Of a DNA stretch of 62,059 bases, positions 19,827 through 29,414 are shown piece by piece. Numbering within the stretch: position 1 is the first letter of the stretch; the number at the start of each line of letters is the position of its first letter. Source of the stretch: Clostridiales bacterium. GTDB taxonomy: Bacteria; Bacillota; Clostridia; Oscillospirales; Oscillospiraceae. The DNA lies in assembly GCA_021205205.1 (NCBI GenBank), contig JAJPXY010000052.1, positions 1 through 62,059 on the forward strand. The letters run 5' to 3'. Both the position numbers and the translations under genes were made by a program. Below the pieces are notes generated by a model. That model was not told the DNA's origin and did not search any database. It saw nothing but the letters and a program-made list of their open reading frames with translations.

Positions 19827-20669
19827 TTACCCCTTCTTCAACTTTGTCTTGGCGAACTTCGCCATAAAGTTGATAATCAACACGATGATCATCAGAATGG
19901 CAGCGATGGCGAAGGCCAAATCGACCTCTCCGTACTCCTGGTAATACACATACAGCATGACGCTCAGCGAGCCGCTGCTGGTGCCCAGGGCCTGGATATA
20001 ATTGGTGACCAGCTTATAGCCGGTGCCGGCGGTGTAGAGCAGCGCCGCGCTCTCGCCCACGATTTTGCCCACGGAGAGGATGGCTCCCCCCACCACGCCG
20101 TCCAGAGTGCAGGGCAGGACGATGGTCCAGATGGTGTGCCACTTGGTGGCTCCCAGGCCCACGGAGCCTTCCCGGTAGGACTGGGGGACGGTTTTCAGCG
20201 CCTCCTGGGTGGTGCGGAGGATGTTGGGGAGGATCATAATGGCCAGGGTGAGAGAACCGGCCAGGATGCCCGACCCCATGGACATCCCCTGGACAAAGAC
20301 CATCATGCCCACCAGGCCGTAGATGATGGAGGGGATACCCGCCAGGCTCTCGGTGGCGAACTCGATGATGGAGACCAGCCTGCGGTTCTTGGCGTACTCC
20401 GTCAGGTAGATGGCGCCGCCGATGCCGATGGGCAGGGCCACCACCAAGGTGGTCAGAATCAGATAGATGGTGAAAATGATGTTGGGCAGGATGCCGATGG
20501 TGCCGTTGATGGCGCTGCGCTGGGTGGTCAGCAGCTGCACCGTGATGTAGGGCAGGCCCCGCACCATGATGTACCCGATGAGGCCCACCAGCAGGGCCAC
20601 GGTGATGATCACACAGACCCAGATGATGGCCTTGACGGCGTTGTTCCACGCCTTTCTCGAACTGCTCAT
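19827..20669 (-). CDS. pstA: Phosphate ABC transporter permease
   Basis: [30 protein letters not shown]. Confidence 0.95.
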   Translation of the reverse strand: MSSSRKAWNNAVKAIIWVCVIITVALLVGLIGYIMVRGLPYITVQLLTTQRSAINGTIGILPNIIFTIYLILTTLVVALPIGIGGAIYLTEYAKNRRLVSIIEFATESLAGIPSIIYGLVGMMVFVQGMSMGSGILAGSLTLAIMILPNILRTTQEALKTVPQSYREGSVGLGATKWHTIWTIVLPCTLDGVVGGAILSVGKIVGESAALLYTAGTGYKLVTNYIQALGTSSGSLSVMLYVYYQEYGEVDLAFAIAAILMIIVLIINFMAKFAKTKLKKG

Positions 20670-21538
20670 TTCTTATCGTCGTCCCCTTTCTTCAACAGGC
20701 GGCCCATGATGGTGTTGATGATCATGATAAAGAGGAACAAAATCAGGCCGATGGAATACAGCGCCTGCCGCTGGAGGCCGGAGGAGTAGCTCATTTCCTT
20801 GGCGATGGCCGTGGTCAGGAAGGTGACGCTGGTGAACAGGCCGGGCATATTGGCCACGTTGCCCGCCACCATCATGACGGCCATGGCCTCGCCCACGGCG
20901 CGGCCAATGCCCAGCACGATACCGGCGGCCACGCCGCTCCGGGCGGCGGGCAGAGAGACCTTAAAGTAGGTCTCCATCTCCGTGGCTCCCAGGGCCAGGC
21001 TGCCCTCCTCGTACTCCTTGGGGACCGCGGAGAGGGAGGTCTCGCTGACGCTGATGATGGAGGGCAAAATCATAATGGACAGGACGATGATGGCCGCCAG
21101 CAGGCAGGTGCCGTTTTTCAGCGAAAAGGCGTTCATGATCAGCGGCACCAGGATGATGGCCCCCACCAGACCGTAGACAACGGAGGGGATGCCGCTGAGC
21201 AGCTCCACCGCGGTGCGGACCACGCCCGCCGTCTTTTTCCCGGCGATTTTGGAGAGGAAGATGGCGGTCATTAATCCCACCGGCGCGCCGATGAGGCAGG
21301 CCCCGCAGGTGCCATAGATGGAGGCCAGGATGAAGGGCAGGATGCCATATTTGGGGTCCGAAGCCGTGCTGGCCCATTCAGTCCCAAACAGGAAGTTGAT
21401 GGGACCGATTTTGATGATGGCGGGCAGTCCGCTGACGATCATATAAATCGTGATGAGGGCCACCATTGCGATGGACACCATACCGCAGACAAAAAACAGC
21501 CCGTTCATGAATTTTTCGATTGCGTCTCTGAGTTTCAC
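20666..21538 (-). CDS. pstC: Phosphate ABC transporter permease
   Basis: YGILPFI, ELLSGIPSVVYG, GRAVGEAMAV. Confidence 0.95.
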   Translation of the reverse strand: MKLRDAIEKFMNGLFFVCGMVSIAMVALITIYMIVSGLPAIIKIGPINFLFGTEWASTASDPKYGILPFILASIYGTCGACLIGAPVGLMTAIFLSKIAGKKTAGVVRTAVELLSGIPSVVYGLVGAIILVPLIMNAFSLKNGTCLLAAIIVLSIMILPSIISVSETSLSAVPKEYEEGSLALGATEMETYFKVSLPAARSGVAAGIVLGIGRAVGEAMAVMMVAGNVANMPGLFTSVTFLTTAIAKEMSYSSGLQRQALYSIGLILFLFIMIINTIMGRLLKKGDDDKK

Positions 21539-21666
21539 GTTTTTGACCCTTTCTTTCGGATTTTACTTCTGAGGATTCCTTTGAAACAGCCTCATTGCGG
21601 CAGACAGCCGACCCACTGAGACTCCTTCAAGGGAATCCCCCGCGCTTTTGCGCTTTCATCTAAAAT

Positions 21667-21696
21667 GCCGGGACGGGAGCTTCTCCCGCCCCGGCT
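21667..21696 (-). terminator. Hairpin between pstS and pstC (partial terminator or mRNA stabiliser)
   Basis: GCCGGGACGGGAG-CTT-CTCCCGCCCCGGC. Confidence 0.5.
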
Positions 21697-21728
21697 TGTT
21701 GGGCTAAGCGAAACGGTTTGCGTTCAGG

Positions 21729-22691
21729 TCAGGGCTGGATAGCGCCGGCCTGAGAGATGTAGTCCGCCACGTCCTCGCTCAGGCAGAAGTCCAGGAACGC
21801 CTGGGCCGCGTCGCTGAGGGTGGTGGAGTCGTTGACCACCATGTTGAAGTCACGCTGGATGGAGTAGGTGCCGTCCTTGACGGTCTCCTCGCTGGCGGCG
21901 ACGCCGTCCACGGTGACCATCTTCACGGAGGCATCCTCGGCGGCCTCAGACAGGGAGGCGTAGCCGATGGCGTACTGGTTCTGAGCTACAGCGGTGATGA
22001 CCGCGCCGGTGGAGGTCAGCTCCTGGTCATAGGTGCAGGCGTCCTCCACGCCGACGACGCTCTCGAAGCCGTCGCGTGTGCCGGAACCGGCCTCACGGCC
22101 GATGACAGCGACTTCCATATCCTCGCCGCCGACCTCGCTCCAGTTGGTGATGGTGCCGTTGAACAGACCGGCGATCTGCTCCAGGGACAGGTCCTCCACG
22201 CCGTTGGATGGGTTGACGATGACGGCGATGCCGTCCAGGGCCACCACGTAAGCGGTCAGGCCGGTCTCGTCCTCTTTCAGGTCACGGCTGGCCAGGCCGA
22301 TGTCGGCGCTGCCCTCGGTGGCGGCGGTGATGCCAGAGCCAGAGCCGGTGGCGTCATAGGTGACGGTAACGTTGGAGTACTGCTCCTCAAAGGCCTCGAT
22401 CAGGATGGACATGACCTTTTCCATCGAGGTGGAGCCGTTGGTGGAGACGCTGCCGCTGATGTCGGTGTTGACGGCGATGGTGGTGTCCTCTGTTTCCTCC
22501 GTGGTGTCGGCTTCTTCGGTTTCGTCAGTGGTGGTTTCTTCTTCGGTGTCGTCGGTGGTCTCTTCTTCGGTGGTGCTGGCCTCGGTCGTGGTGGTCTCCT
22601 CGGTGTCGGTGCTGGCCTGAGAAGAGCCGCCGCAGGCCACCAGGCTGAACGCCATCGCCATGGCCATCAGCAAAGCAATCAGTTTTTTCAT
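21729..22691 (-). CDS. pstS: Phosphate-binding lipoprotein
   Basis: Lipobox LVAC, T/E/D-rich linker, GSTSM, GSGSG, REAGSGTR. Confidence 0.95.
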   Translation of the reverse strand: MKKLIALLMAMAMAFSLVACGGSSQASTDTEETTTTEASTTEEETTDDTEEETTTDETEEADTTEETEDTTIAVNTDISGSVSTNGSTSMEKVMSILIEAFEEQYSNVTVTYDATGSGSGITAATEGSADIGLASRDLKEDETGLTAYVVALDGIAVIVNPSNGVEDLSLEQIAGLFNGTITNWSEVGGEDMEVAVIGREAGSGTRDGFESVVGVEDACTYDQELTSTGAVITAVAQNQYAIGYASLSEAAEDASVKMVTVDGVAASEETVKDGTYSIQRDFNMVVNDSTTLSDAAQAFLDFCLSEDVADYISQAGAIQP

Positions 22692-22796
22692 GTTGTTTCG
22701 ATCTCCTAATCTCCATAAATGGAAGGATGTAAAATTCCGTCTGGCAGGTACGCCACAGCGCATATGCGGCGTTTCTTTCTCCTTGACGGTGAGGCC

Positions 22797-22875
22797 ATTA
22801 TAACAGGGGGTTTGTAAAGCCCTCTATCCCGAAAGAGGAAAATCTCTCACAGCGATTGGTAAATTGTTTGCAAGG
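22797..22875 (-). promoter_or_regulatory. pst promoter with Pho-box-like repeats
   Basis: On the minus strand TTGCA/TTACC spaced 11 bp apart, then TTTACA 10 nt before TATAAT. Confidence 0.4.
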
Positions 22876-23097
22876 TTTTTCTGTGCAGAATAAAGAAAGG
22901 CCCGCCGCCGTCAAGCGACGTTTCCGGGGCTTCGCCCCCTCCCTGCGCTGCCTGTTTGGACGGCGGTGGGCCTTGTGTTGGTCAGGCTGTCAGCGTTCCG
23001 CAATGCGCGGAGCGTTTCATTCTGTCATTGCACATTGCAAAACTGGTTATCCCTATTACTCAGTCTTACGCTGGAAACCCCTCCGCCACCGCCTAAA

Positions 23098-23390
23098 GGC
23101 GGCGGCCCTCCTCCCTCGTCGGCGTGGACTTCATATTCTTCGCTTCCGGCTAAAGCCGAAAGCTCATCCATTCCGTCACACCTCCTCTCCCAGCCGAACC
23201 CGCTTCGCTGGGCTTCGTCTGGGTACCTGTGGGGGGAAGCAAGAGGGGATAGTGCTAATTGCTTGGGCTCAGTTTTGTTCGATAGATGTGAATTTCTCGA
23301 CAGAATCAGCCTCTTTCAAGCCACTGGACATTAAAATGTGGCTGATTCAAGGGAATAACCATAATTGCTCATTGCACATTGCAAATTGCT
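23098..23390. repeat. Heptamer-bounded dispersed repeat, copy A (interrupted by the structured repeat)
   Basis: Aligns with the reverse complement of 41583-41745; ends in AATTGCT/CATTGCA heptamers. Confidence 0.75.
23117..23227. repeat. Structured REP-like repeat, copy 1
   Basis: CGTC...GGGTACC unit homologous to 28098-28237, with compensatory stem changes. Confidence 0.8.
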
Positions 23391-23397
23391 GATTGGC

Positions 23398-24009
23398 TTA
23401 CGCCTTCATGGCCCCCTTGTCGAAGGAGGGGTTGTAGAAATAGACGTTTTTCCGGTTCAGCTTCTCCTTGGTCAGCTCCAGGATCTCTCCGAACCGCTGG
23501 AAGTGGACCACCTCCCGCTCCCGCAGGAACCGGATCACGTCGTTCACGTCGGGGTCGTCGCTGAGTCGCAGGATGTTGTCGTAGGTCAGGCGGGCCTTCT
23601 GCTCCGCCGCCAGGTCCTCGGTCAGGTCGGCGATGGCGTCGCCGGTGGACTGGATGCTGGCGGCGGTCCAAGGGTAGCCGCTGGCGGCGGCGGGATAGAC
23701 ACCGGCGGTGTGGTCCACAAAGTAGGTGTCGAACCCGGCGGTCTTGACCTGCTCGTCGGTCAGGTTGCGGGTCAACTGGTAGACCAGCGTCCCCACCATC
23801 TCCAGGTGGGACAACTCCTCGGTGCCGATGTCAGTCAGCAGGCCCTTGGCCTCGTCGTTGGGCATGGCGAACCGCTGGCTCAGGTACCGCAGGGACGCGC
23901 CCAGCTCGCCGTCCGGCCCGCCGTACTGGGTGATGATGATGTTGGCCAGGCGGGGGTTGGGATTTTTCACGCGGATGGGATATTCCAGCTTCTTTTCATA
24001 CACAAACAC
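23398..24009 (-). CDS. cotJC: Manganese catalase family spore coat protein
   Basis: YEKKLEYP, QYGGPDGELGASLRY, DIGTEELSHLE, REVVHFQRF; GTG start at 24009 (ATG at 24015 is an alternative). Confidence 0.93.
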   Translation of the reverse strand: MFVYEKKLEYPIRVKNPNPRLANIIITQYGGPDGELGASLRYLSQRFAMPNDEAKGLLTDIGTEELSHLEMVGTLVYQLTRNLTDEQVKTAGFDTYFVDHTAGVYPAAASGYPWTAASIQSTGDAIADLTEDLAAEQKARLTYDNILRLSDDPDVNDVIRFLREREVVHFQRFGEILELTKEKLNRKNVYFYNPSFDKGAMKA

Positions 24010-24011
24010 GA

Positions 24012-24482
24012 TCATTTCCCTCCCATCGGTTCCCAGGGCCACGGCCCGTTCACCCAGGTATAGTGGTCATCCTCCGCCGCGTCGTTCCGGCAGAGGGGGC
24101 CGTACTGGGCCTCGTACTTCCTGCGGCCCTCCTTCTCCAGCGCGGTGTACTGCTGGAACAGGGCGAAGGCCTCCTCATCGTCCTGGTGGCTGTCCAGATA
24201 CAGTCCCAGTTCCACCAGCACGAACTCCAGCGCCTGCAACTCGCTCAGCGGGGTCTGGGGCACCGGGTCGCCGTTGGGTTTCAGGTGGAAGGGCAGGTTC
24301 AGCCCCGGAAAAAGGGTGCCCTGGGCCAGCGCCTCGCTGCGCTGGTAGACCTCGGGGTCCTCCGGCTGGAAGGGCACGTAGGGGACCGCCAGCTGGCCGC
24401 AGCAGGGCAGCTTCCCTTGGCCGTCGGCGCACTGGTTCCCCGCCGGGCAGGACTTCTTCGGTAAAGTCGTTTCAGTGAACAA
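24012..24482 (-). CDS. cotJB: CotJA-CotJB fusion spore coat protein
   Basis: LAVPYVPFQ..GTLFPGL (CotJA-like) followed by ELGLYLDSH..YGPL..WVNGPWPWE (CotJB); TTG start with AAGGAGG. Confidence 0.85.
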   Translation of the reverse strand: MFTETTLPKKSCPAGNQCADGQGKLPCCGQLAVPYVPFQPEDPEVYQRSEALAQGTLFPGLNLPFHLKPNGDPVPQTPLSELQALEFVLVELGLYLDSHQDDEEAFALFQQYTALEKEGRRKYEAQYGPLCRNDAAEDDHYTWVNGPWPWEPMGGK

Positions 24483-24579
24483 ACTGTTTTCCTCCTTTGG
24501 AAGAACTGAGGGGCCTCGGCAAGTCAGCCTGGGCCGTCCCCGGGGCCACCCCAAAGACAGCGTTCCGCTGCCTTCGACT

Positions 24580-24609
24580 TATTTTATTCTCCCGGCGGGG
24601 CGGGTGTGC
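24580..24609 (-). promoter_or_regulatory. Possible mother-cell sigma (E/K-type) promoter of cotJ
   Basis: GCACA-N16-AATAAAATA on the minus strand. Confidence 0.3.
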
Positions 24610-24691
24610 GTCCTCGGCCCGCCGTCCGTTTTCCCTCTCCGGGGCTATATCGCCCTTTTGGGCTGATTTTTGCGGCTTTTTCCTTCCTGTC

Positions 24692-24721
24692 TTGACGAAA
24701 CGCCTGAAAAACGACTATAAT
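24692..24721 (+). promoter_or_regulatory. sigma-A promoter of niaR
   Basis: TTGACG-N18-TATAAT. Confidence 0.6.
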
Positions 24722-24824
24722 AATGCTTGCAGCTTTGTTCAGTACACATTATAACAATGCGCGGGAGAAAGGAACGCTTTCTCCCGGCCATTCGATTTTT
24801 TTGTAGTTTCAGGGAGGCGAAGCC

Positions 24825-25343
24825 ATGAATGCCGCAGAACGCCGGGAACAGATTTTAACCTATCTTCAACGCCAGACCGCCCCTGTCAGCGCCTCTGCTC
24901 TGGCCCGGCAGTTTTCGGTCAGTCGCCAAATCATCGTGGGGGACGTGGCGCTGCTCCGGGCGGGAGGCGCAACCATCTCCGCCACGCCCAGGGGCTATCT
25001 GCTTGCCCAGCGCCAGAGCGGTCTGCTGCGGCAGGTGGCCTGCAACCACACGGCGGAGCAGATGGAGGATGAGCTGACCATCTGCGTGGACCAGGGGTGC
25101 AGCGTGCTGGATGTCATTGTAGAGCATCCGGTCTACGGGCAGCTGGCGGGTCAGCTCCAGCTCCATTCCCGGTACGATGTGCAGCAGTTCCTCCAGCGGG
25201 TGCGGCAGGAGAGCGCCCACTCCCTGTCCGAGCTGACCGACGGTATCCACCTGCACACCCTCCGCTGCCCCAGTGAGGACGCCTATCGGCGCGTTTGCGC
25301 CGCCCTGGACCGGGCGGGGTATCTGCTGAAAGAGGAGGAGTGA
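24825..25343 (+). CDS. niaR: Niacin-responsive repressor (HTH + 3H domain)
   Basis: VSRQIIVGDVALLR, ATPRGY, EHPVYG, LTDGIHLHT. Confidence 0.9.
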   Translation: MNAAERREQILTYLQRQTAPVSASALARQFSVSRQIIVGDVALLRAGGATISATPRGYLLAQRQSGLLRQVACNHTAEQMEDELTICVDQGCSVLDVIVEHPVYGQLAGQLQLHSRYDVQQFLQRVRQESAHSLSELTDGIHLHTLRCPSEDAYRRVCAALDRAGYLLKEEE

Positions 25344-25359
25344 CCGCGCTCCGGCCCAT

Positions 25360-25397
25360 TAAAAGGAGAGCCAGGGGGTTTTCCCTGGCTCTCTCTG
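25360..25397. terminator. Bidirectional terminator between niaR and the carboxyltransferase gene
   Basis: GAGAGCCAGGG-N6-CCCTGGCTCTC between convergent genes. Confidence 0.6.
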
Positions 25398-25443
25398 TCG
25401 TTTCTATGTTGTTTTTCTGTCCCCGCGCCTGGCAAGGGTACGC

Positions 25444-26961
25444 TTAAAGCGGGATATTCCCATGGGTCGGCTTCGTCTTGGGGTCCTGGAAGGAGATCAG
25501 CGCCTCCAGCGTCTGCTCCAACAGACGGCGGGTGTCCTGGGGGGCGATAACGTCGTCGATATAGCCCAGCTTGGCCCCCACGAAGGGGTTCAGCTGCGTG
25601 TCCTGATAGGCTTTGACCTTCTCGTCCAGCACCTTCTTGTAGTCGTCACCGGCGGCCTTCAGGTCCTTGCGGTTGATAATCTTCACCGCGCCCTCGGCGC
25701 CCATGACGGCGATCTCCGCCGTGGGCCAGGCCCAGCACACGTCCGCGCCCAGTTGCTTGCAGCACATGGCGATATACGCGCCGCCGTAGGCCTTCCGCAG
25801 CACCAGGGTGATTTTAGGCACCGTGGCCTCGGAGTAGGCATAAAGCACCTTCGCGCCGTGGCGGATGATGCCGGAATACTCCTGGTCGGAGCCGGGGAAG
25901 AAGCCGGGGACATCCACCAGCGTCAGCAGCGGGATGTTGAAGCAGTCGCAGGTGCGGACAAACCGGGCCGCCTTGCAGCTGGCGTTCACGTCCATGCAGC
26001 CGCTGATGACGGCGGGCTGGTTGGCCACCACGCCGATGGTGTGGCCGTTGACCCGGGCGAAGCAGGTGACCACGTTGGCGGCGAACTCCGGCTCGATCTC
26101 AAAGAGGGAATCGGTATCCACCAGGTAGTCGATGACCTGCTTCACGTCGTAGATTTTCCGCTTGTTTTCGGGGACGATGTTCTCGATGCCCCGCTGCCAG
26201 CGGGATTTGTACTTGGTGCGGGGAATGGGAAGGCTCTTGTTGTTCTGGGGCAGATAGGTCAGCAGGTTGCGGATTTTGTCCAGGCAGTCCTGGTCGTTGG
26301 CCGCCCGGACGTGGGCCACGCCGTTTTTGCGCATATGCACGTCCGCGCCGCCCAGCTCCTGCATGGTGATGTCCTCACCGATGACCTCCTTGACCACATC
26401 GGGGCCGGTGACGAACATCTCGCCGGTGCCCTCAACAAAGAAGATGAAATCCTGCAAGGCTGGAGAGTAGGACGCGCCGCCGGCGCAGGGGCCCATGATG
26501 GCGGTGATCTGCGGAATAACGCCGGAGGCGTTCACGTTGTTCTGGAAGATGGTGCCGTACTGGGCCAGGGCCTGGATGCCGTCCTGAATTTTCGCGCCGC
26601 CGGAATCCATCAGGCCGATGATGGGCGCTCCGGCCTTCAGCGCCGCCTGCTGGCACTTGATGATCTTCCTGGCGTTGGAGGAGGACAGGCTGCCGCCCTG
26701 GATGGTGAAGTCCTGGGCGTAGGCGTAGGCGTACCGGCCGTTGATTTTGCCAAACCCGGCGATGACGCCGTCCCGCTTGGGGGGCTTGTCGATGGACTGC
26801 CCCCGGTTCTGGTAGACATTCAGCTCGATGAAGGTGTCTTTGTCGAACAGATAAGCCAGGCGCTCATCGGCGGTGATCTTGCCCTTGGCGTGCTGCCGGT
26901 CAGCGTTGCTGCTGTTTTGCAGCGTCCGGCGCTGGTGTTCAAGTTCTTGCAGGGAATCCAT
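25444..26961 (-). CDS. Acyl-CoA carboxyltransferase/decarboxylase subunit (MmdA/PccB-like)
   Basis: QDFTIQGGS, DSGGAKIQ, GPCAGG, DVPGF, RKAYGGAY, VMGAEGA, HGNIPL. Confidence 0.92.
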   Translation of the reverse strand: MDSLQELEHQRRTLQNSSNADRQHAKGKITADERLAYLFDKDTFIELNVYQNRGQSIDKPPKRDGVIAGFGKINGRYAYAYAQDFTIQGGSLSSSNARKIIKCQQAALKAGAPIIGLMDSGGAKIQDGIQALAQYGTIFQNNVNASGVIPQITAIMGPCAGGASYSPALQDFIFFVEGTGEMFVTGPDVVKEVIGEDITMQELGGADVHMRKNGVAHVRAANDQDCLDKIRNLLTYLPQNNKSLPIPRTKYKSRWQRGIENIVPENKRKIYDVKQVIDYLVDTDSLFEIEPEFAANVVTCFARVNGHTIGVVANQPAVISGCMDVNASCKAARFVRTCDCFNIPLLTLVDVPGFFPGSDQEYSGIIRHGAKVLYAYSEATVPKITLVLRKAYGGAYIAMCCKQLGADVCWAWPTAEIAVMGAEGAVKIINRKDLKAAGDDYKKVLDEKVKAYQDTQLNPFVGAKLGYIDDVIAPQDTRRLLEQTLEALISFQDPKTKPTHGNIPL

Positions 26962-27198
26962 AAATTCAGATGCTCCTTTAGAAAAGGCAGCGCGGCGCTG
27001 TGTCGCTGCCGCCTGCCGTGACATAGTTCTTATCAGTATTTTATTATAGCATATGGAAACAGGAGATGTAAAGGGCTTTTCGATTGGGCCAATGAAATCT
27101 GTATGAGAATCCAGAACGAAACGGCAAAACCCGCCCAAATATGGGGGGAATCCCCACATTTGAGCGGGTCGGAGCCATCCTCAAGCAGGGTCCTGGCC

Positions 27199-28026
27199 TC
27201 AGGCCAGCCCCATGCGCGCCAACTGGCGGGCAATGCCGTCCTCCTGGCAGCTTTCGCAGACGACGTCGGCCTCGGCCTTCACGTCCGGGGCGGCGTTGCC
27301 CATGGCCACGCCGGTCCCGGCGGCCCGGAGCATGGGCAGGTCGTTGCCCGAATCGCCAAAGGCGACAGCGTCCTCCACCCCCACTCCGTAATAGGCACAG
27401 ACCTTGTGGACGGCGCTGCCCTTGTCCACGCCCCTGGCCATGGTTTCGCCGTTCAGGGCGGGGCCGCCGGGCACCATGTTGGTCACGGTGAAAAAGTCGT
27501 CGCCCAGCTCTGCCACTGCCGTCTGTAACCCCTCCACCGACCCGGCGGTGAAGCAGATTTTGTACACCGGCTGGCCGTGGAAGCCCTCCATGGGCAGCAC
27601 CCCCAGTCCGTCGATGAGCTGGAGCATCAGCCGCCGCTGTTCGCTGTTGGCGTTGGACTGACCCCGCATCCAGGCCGCCAGGCACTTCTCCCGGTCCGCG
27701 AAGGTCCCTTCGGCGGTTTCCAGCATATAGCTCATATCATATCTGCCCAGCACGGTCAGCGCCCGCTCCAGCAATGCCGGGGGCATGGCCCGGTCCTCCA
27801 GCACCTGGCCGTCTACGATGACGTAGCCCCCCGCGCTGGCAATGATGCCGTCAAAGCCGATGTCCAGGAGAAAACCGGGAATGATGGGAATGTTGCGGCC
27901 TGTGGCGATCAAAATCTTATGTCCTCTGGCCTGCGCCCGGTGCAGGGCAGCCACGGTCGCGTCCGAAGGCGCTTTCCCCGGTTCGCACAGGGTCCCGTCA
28001 ATGTCAAAGAAAATGATTTTGGGCAT
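27199..28026 (-). CDS. Cof-type HAD IIB hydrolase
   Basis: FFDIDGTL, ATGR, KG, FGDSGND, MGNA. Confidence 0.92.
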   Translation of the reverse strand: MPKIIFFDIDGTLCEPGKAPSDATVAALHRAQARGHKILIATGRNIPIIPGFLLDIGFDGIIASAGGYVIVDGQVLEDRAMPPALLERALTVLGRYDMSYMLETAEGTFADREKCLAAWMRGQSNANSEQRRLMLQLIDGLGVLPMEGFHGQPVYKICFTAGSVEGLQTAVAELGDDFFTVTNMVPGGPALNGETMARGVDKGSAVHKVCAYYGVGVEDAVAFGDSGNDLPMLRAAGTGVAMGNAAPDVKAEADVVCESCQEDGIARQLARMGLA

Positions 28027-28060
28027 AGCGGCCCACTCCTTTTTTCATTCTGTTTGCTAA

Positions 28061-28355
28061 GGAAGCTCTGATTAAATGGCCTTGGATGGCTGGGCATCGT
28101 CGCCGCAAGCTCCATATCGCTTCCTTCCGCGCAAAGCGCGAAAGGTCGCTCATTCCGGCTGCGGCTCCTCTCCCAACCAAACCCGCTGCTGCTGTGACCG
28201 AAGGAAATCCCCGGAGGGGAGGCTTTGGTTGGGTACCCTTCGCGCAAATCGAGGCGCGAAATCGCAGGAATCCTTTGTGGATTTCAAGATTTCGCAACGA
28301 AGAGATGCACGAAATGTGCCGTCCAGACGCCGGGAGTTATTTAATCAGAGGTTCC
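28061..28355. mobile_element. Non-autonomous IS5-type MITE (295 bp)
   Basis: 17-bp terminal inverted repeats GGAAGCTCTGATTAAAT / ATTTAATCAGAGGTTCC (16/17 match) flanked by CTAA at 28057-28060 and 28356-28359. Confidence 0.8.
28098..28237. repeat. Structured REP-like repeat, copy 2 (nested in the MITE)
   Basis: Homologous to 23117-23227 with an extra segment in the last loop. Confidence 0.8.
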
Positions 28356-28696
28356 CTAATATCATATCTGATTTCACGGCGCTTTGCAAGCGGTATTCCG
28401 TAAACGATCCCACCATTTCATGTAAGGTATCCTCTGCCGTTCACGAAAGATTCTCACTTTCGTTGCAATTTGTTGACTTCTTTTCCCCGTCCGCGTGGTA
28501 TTTTGTAGTTGGACATTTAGAACATCTGCTTTTTTCTCTCTCCTTTCTTTTTTTGCTGAAAATGCGGCCGCCTGCGGGGAACCCCGCAGGCGGTTGTGCT
28601 TTGCCCGGAGAGCTGCTCTCCAGAGCGTAAAAAACGCTGAAACACAGACCGCGCGGCCTGCATTTCAGCGTTTTTGGTTTTTTAGCGCCTGACGGC

Positions 28697-29395
28697 TCAG
28701 CCGTTTTCGGCGCGGGAGGCGGCGATGGCCTCTTCGGTCTCTTTCCGGCGCTCCACAATGTTCTCTTCCAACATCATGTCCTTGACCTTCATCAGGCGGA
28801 TGGTGTTGTTGCGCTCGTTCTCGTCCAGCTTCATGGAGATGGACTTGATTTTGGCCTCGCAGTCGGGGATGACCACGTACTCCAGGGCGTTGACCCGGCG
28901 GCGGGTCTTTTCGATCTCCTCGGCCAGCAGCTGACAGGCTTTTTCCATCTGGGCCAGCTTGAGCATATCCTCAAACACGGAGAACAGAGCGTCCACCGCG
29001 TCGTCCAGCTCGCAGCTGGTGGTGGCGAAGCCGTAGGGGTAGATTTCCCCGGCGTCGGAGCTTTTGGTAGTGAAGTGGTACTGCGGCACGTTGACGGACA
29101 TGATGTTCTGGAACGTCATATCCAAATCGACGCTCTGCTGGGGATAGAGCAGGGACTGCTCCATCATTTCGGAACTCATCAGGGCGCTGGCCACGGTAAA
29201 GCTGCCGTGGGCGCGAATCAGCGGCTCCTCCACCCGTTTCCGGAGGGCGCGGTTCTCCCGGACCATCTCCAGGAACTGCTTCATCAGCTCGTCACGCTTA
29301 TCTTTCAGCAGCTTGTGGCCGCGGACAGAGGTGCGCAGCTTCTTCTTCTGCTTGGTCAGCTCCATGCGGGTGGCGTTTACGTTGGCGGAAGGCAT
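28697..29395 (-). CDS. ntpD: V-type ATPase subunit D
   Basis: TRMEL, RGHKLLKDKRDEL, EIEKTRRRVNALE. Confidence 0.96.
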   Translation of the reverse strand: MPSANVNATRMELTKQKKKLRTSVRGHKLLKDKRDELMKQFLEMVRENRALRKRVEEPLIRAHGSFTVASALMSSEMMEQSLLYPQQSVDLDMTFQNIMSVNVPQYHFTTKSSDAGEIYPYGFATTSCELDDAVDALFSVFEDMLKLAQMEKACQLLAEEIEKTRRRVNALEYVVIPDCEAKIKSISMKLDENERNNTIRLMKVKDMMLEENIVERRKETEEAIAASRAENG

Positions 29396-29414
29396 TTACG
29401 ATCCCTCCTTTCCC

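Noticed and set aside
22856-23392. ORFs 22856-23392, 22966-23334 and 28076-28630 as protein genes
   Set aside because: They run through nested repeats or the MITE, lack an RBS and have atypical codon usage
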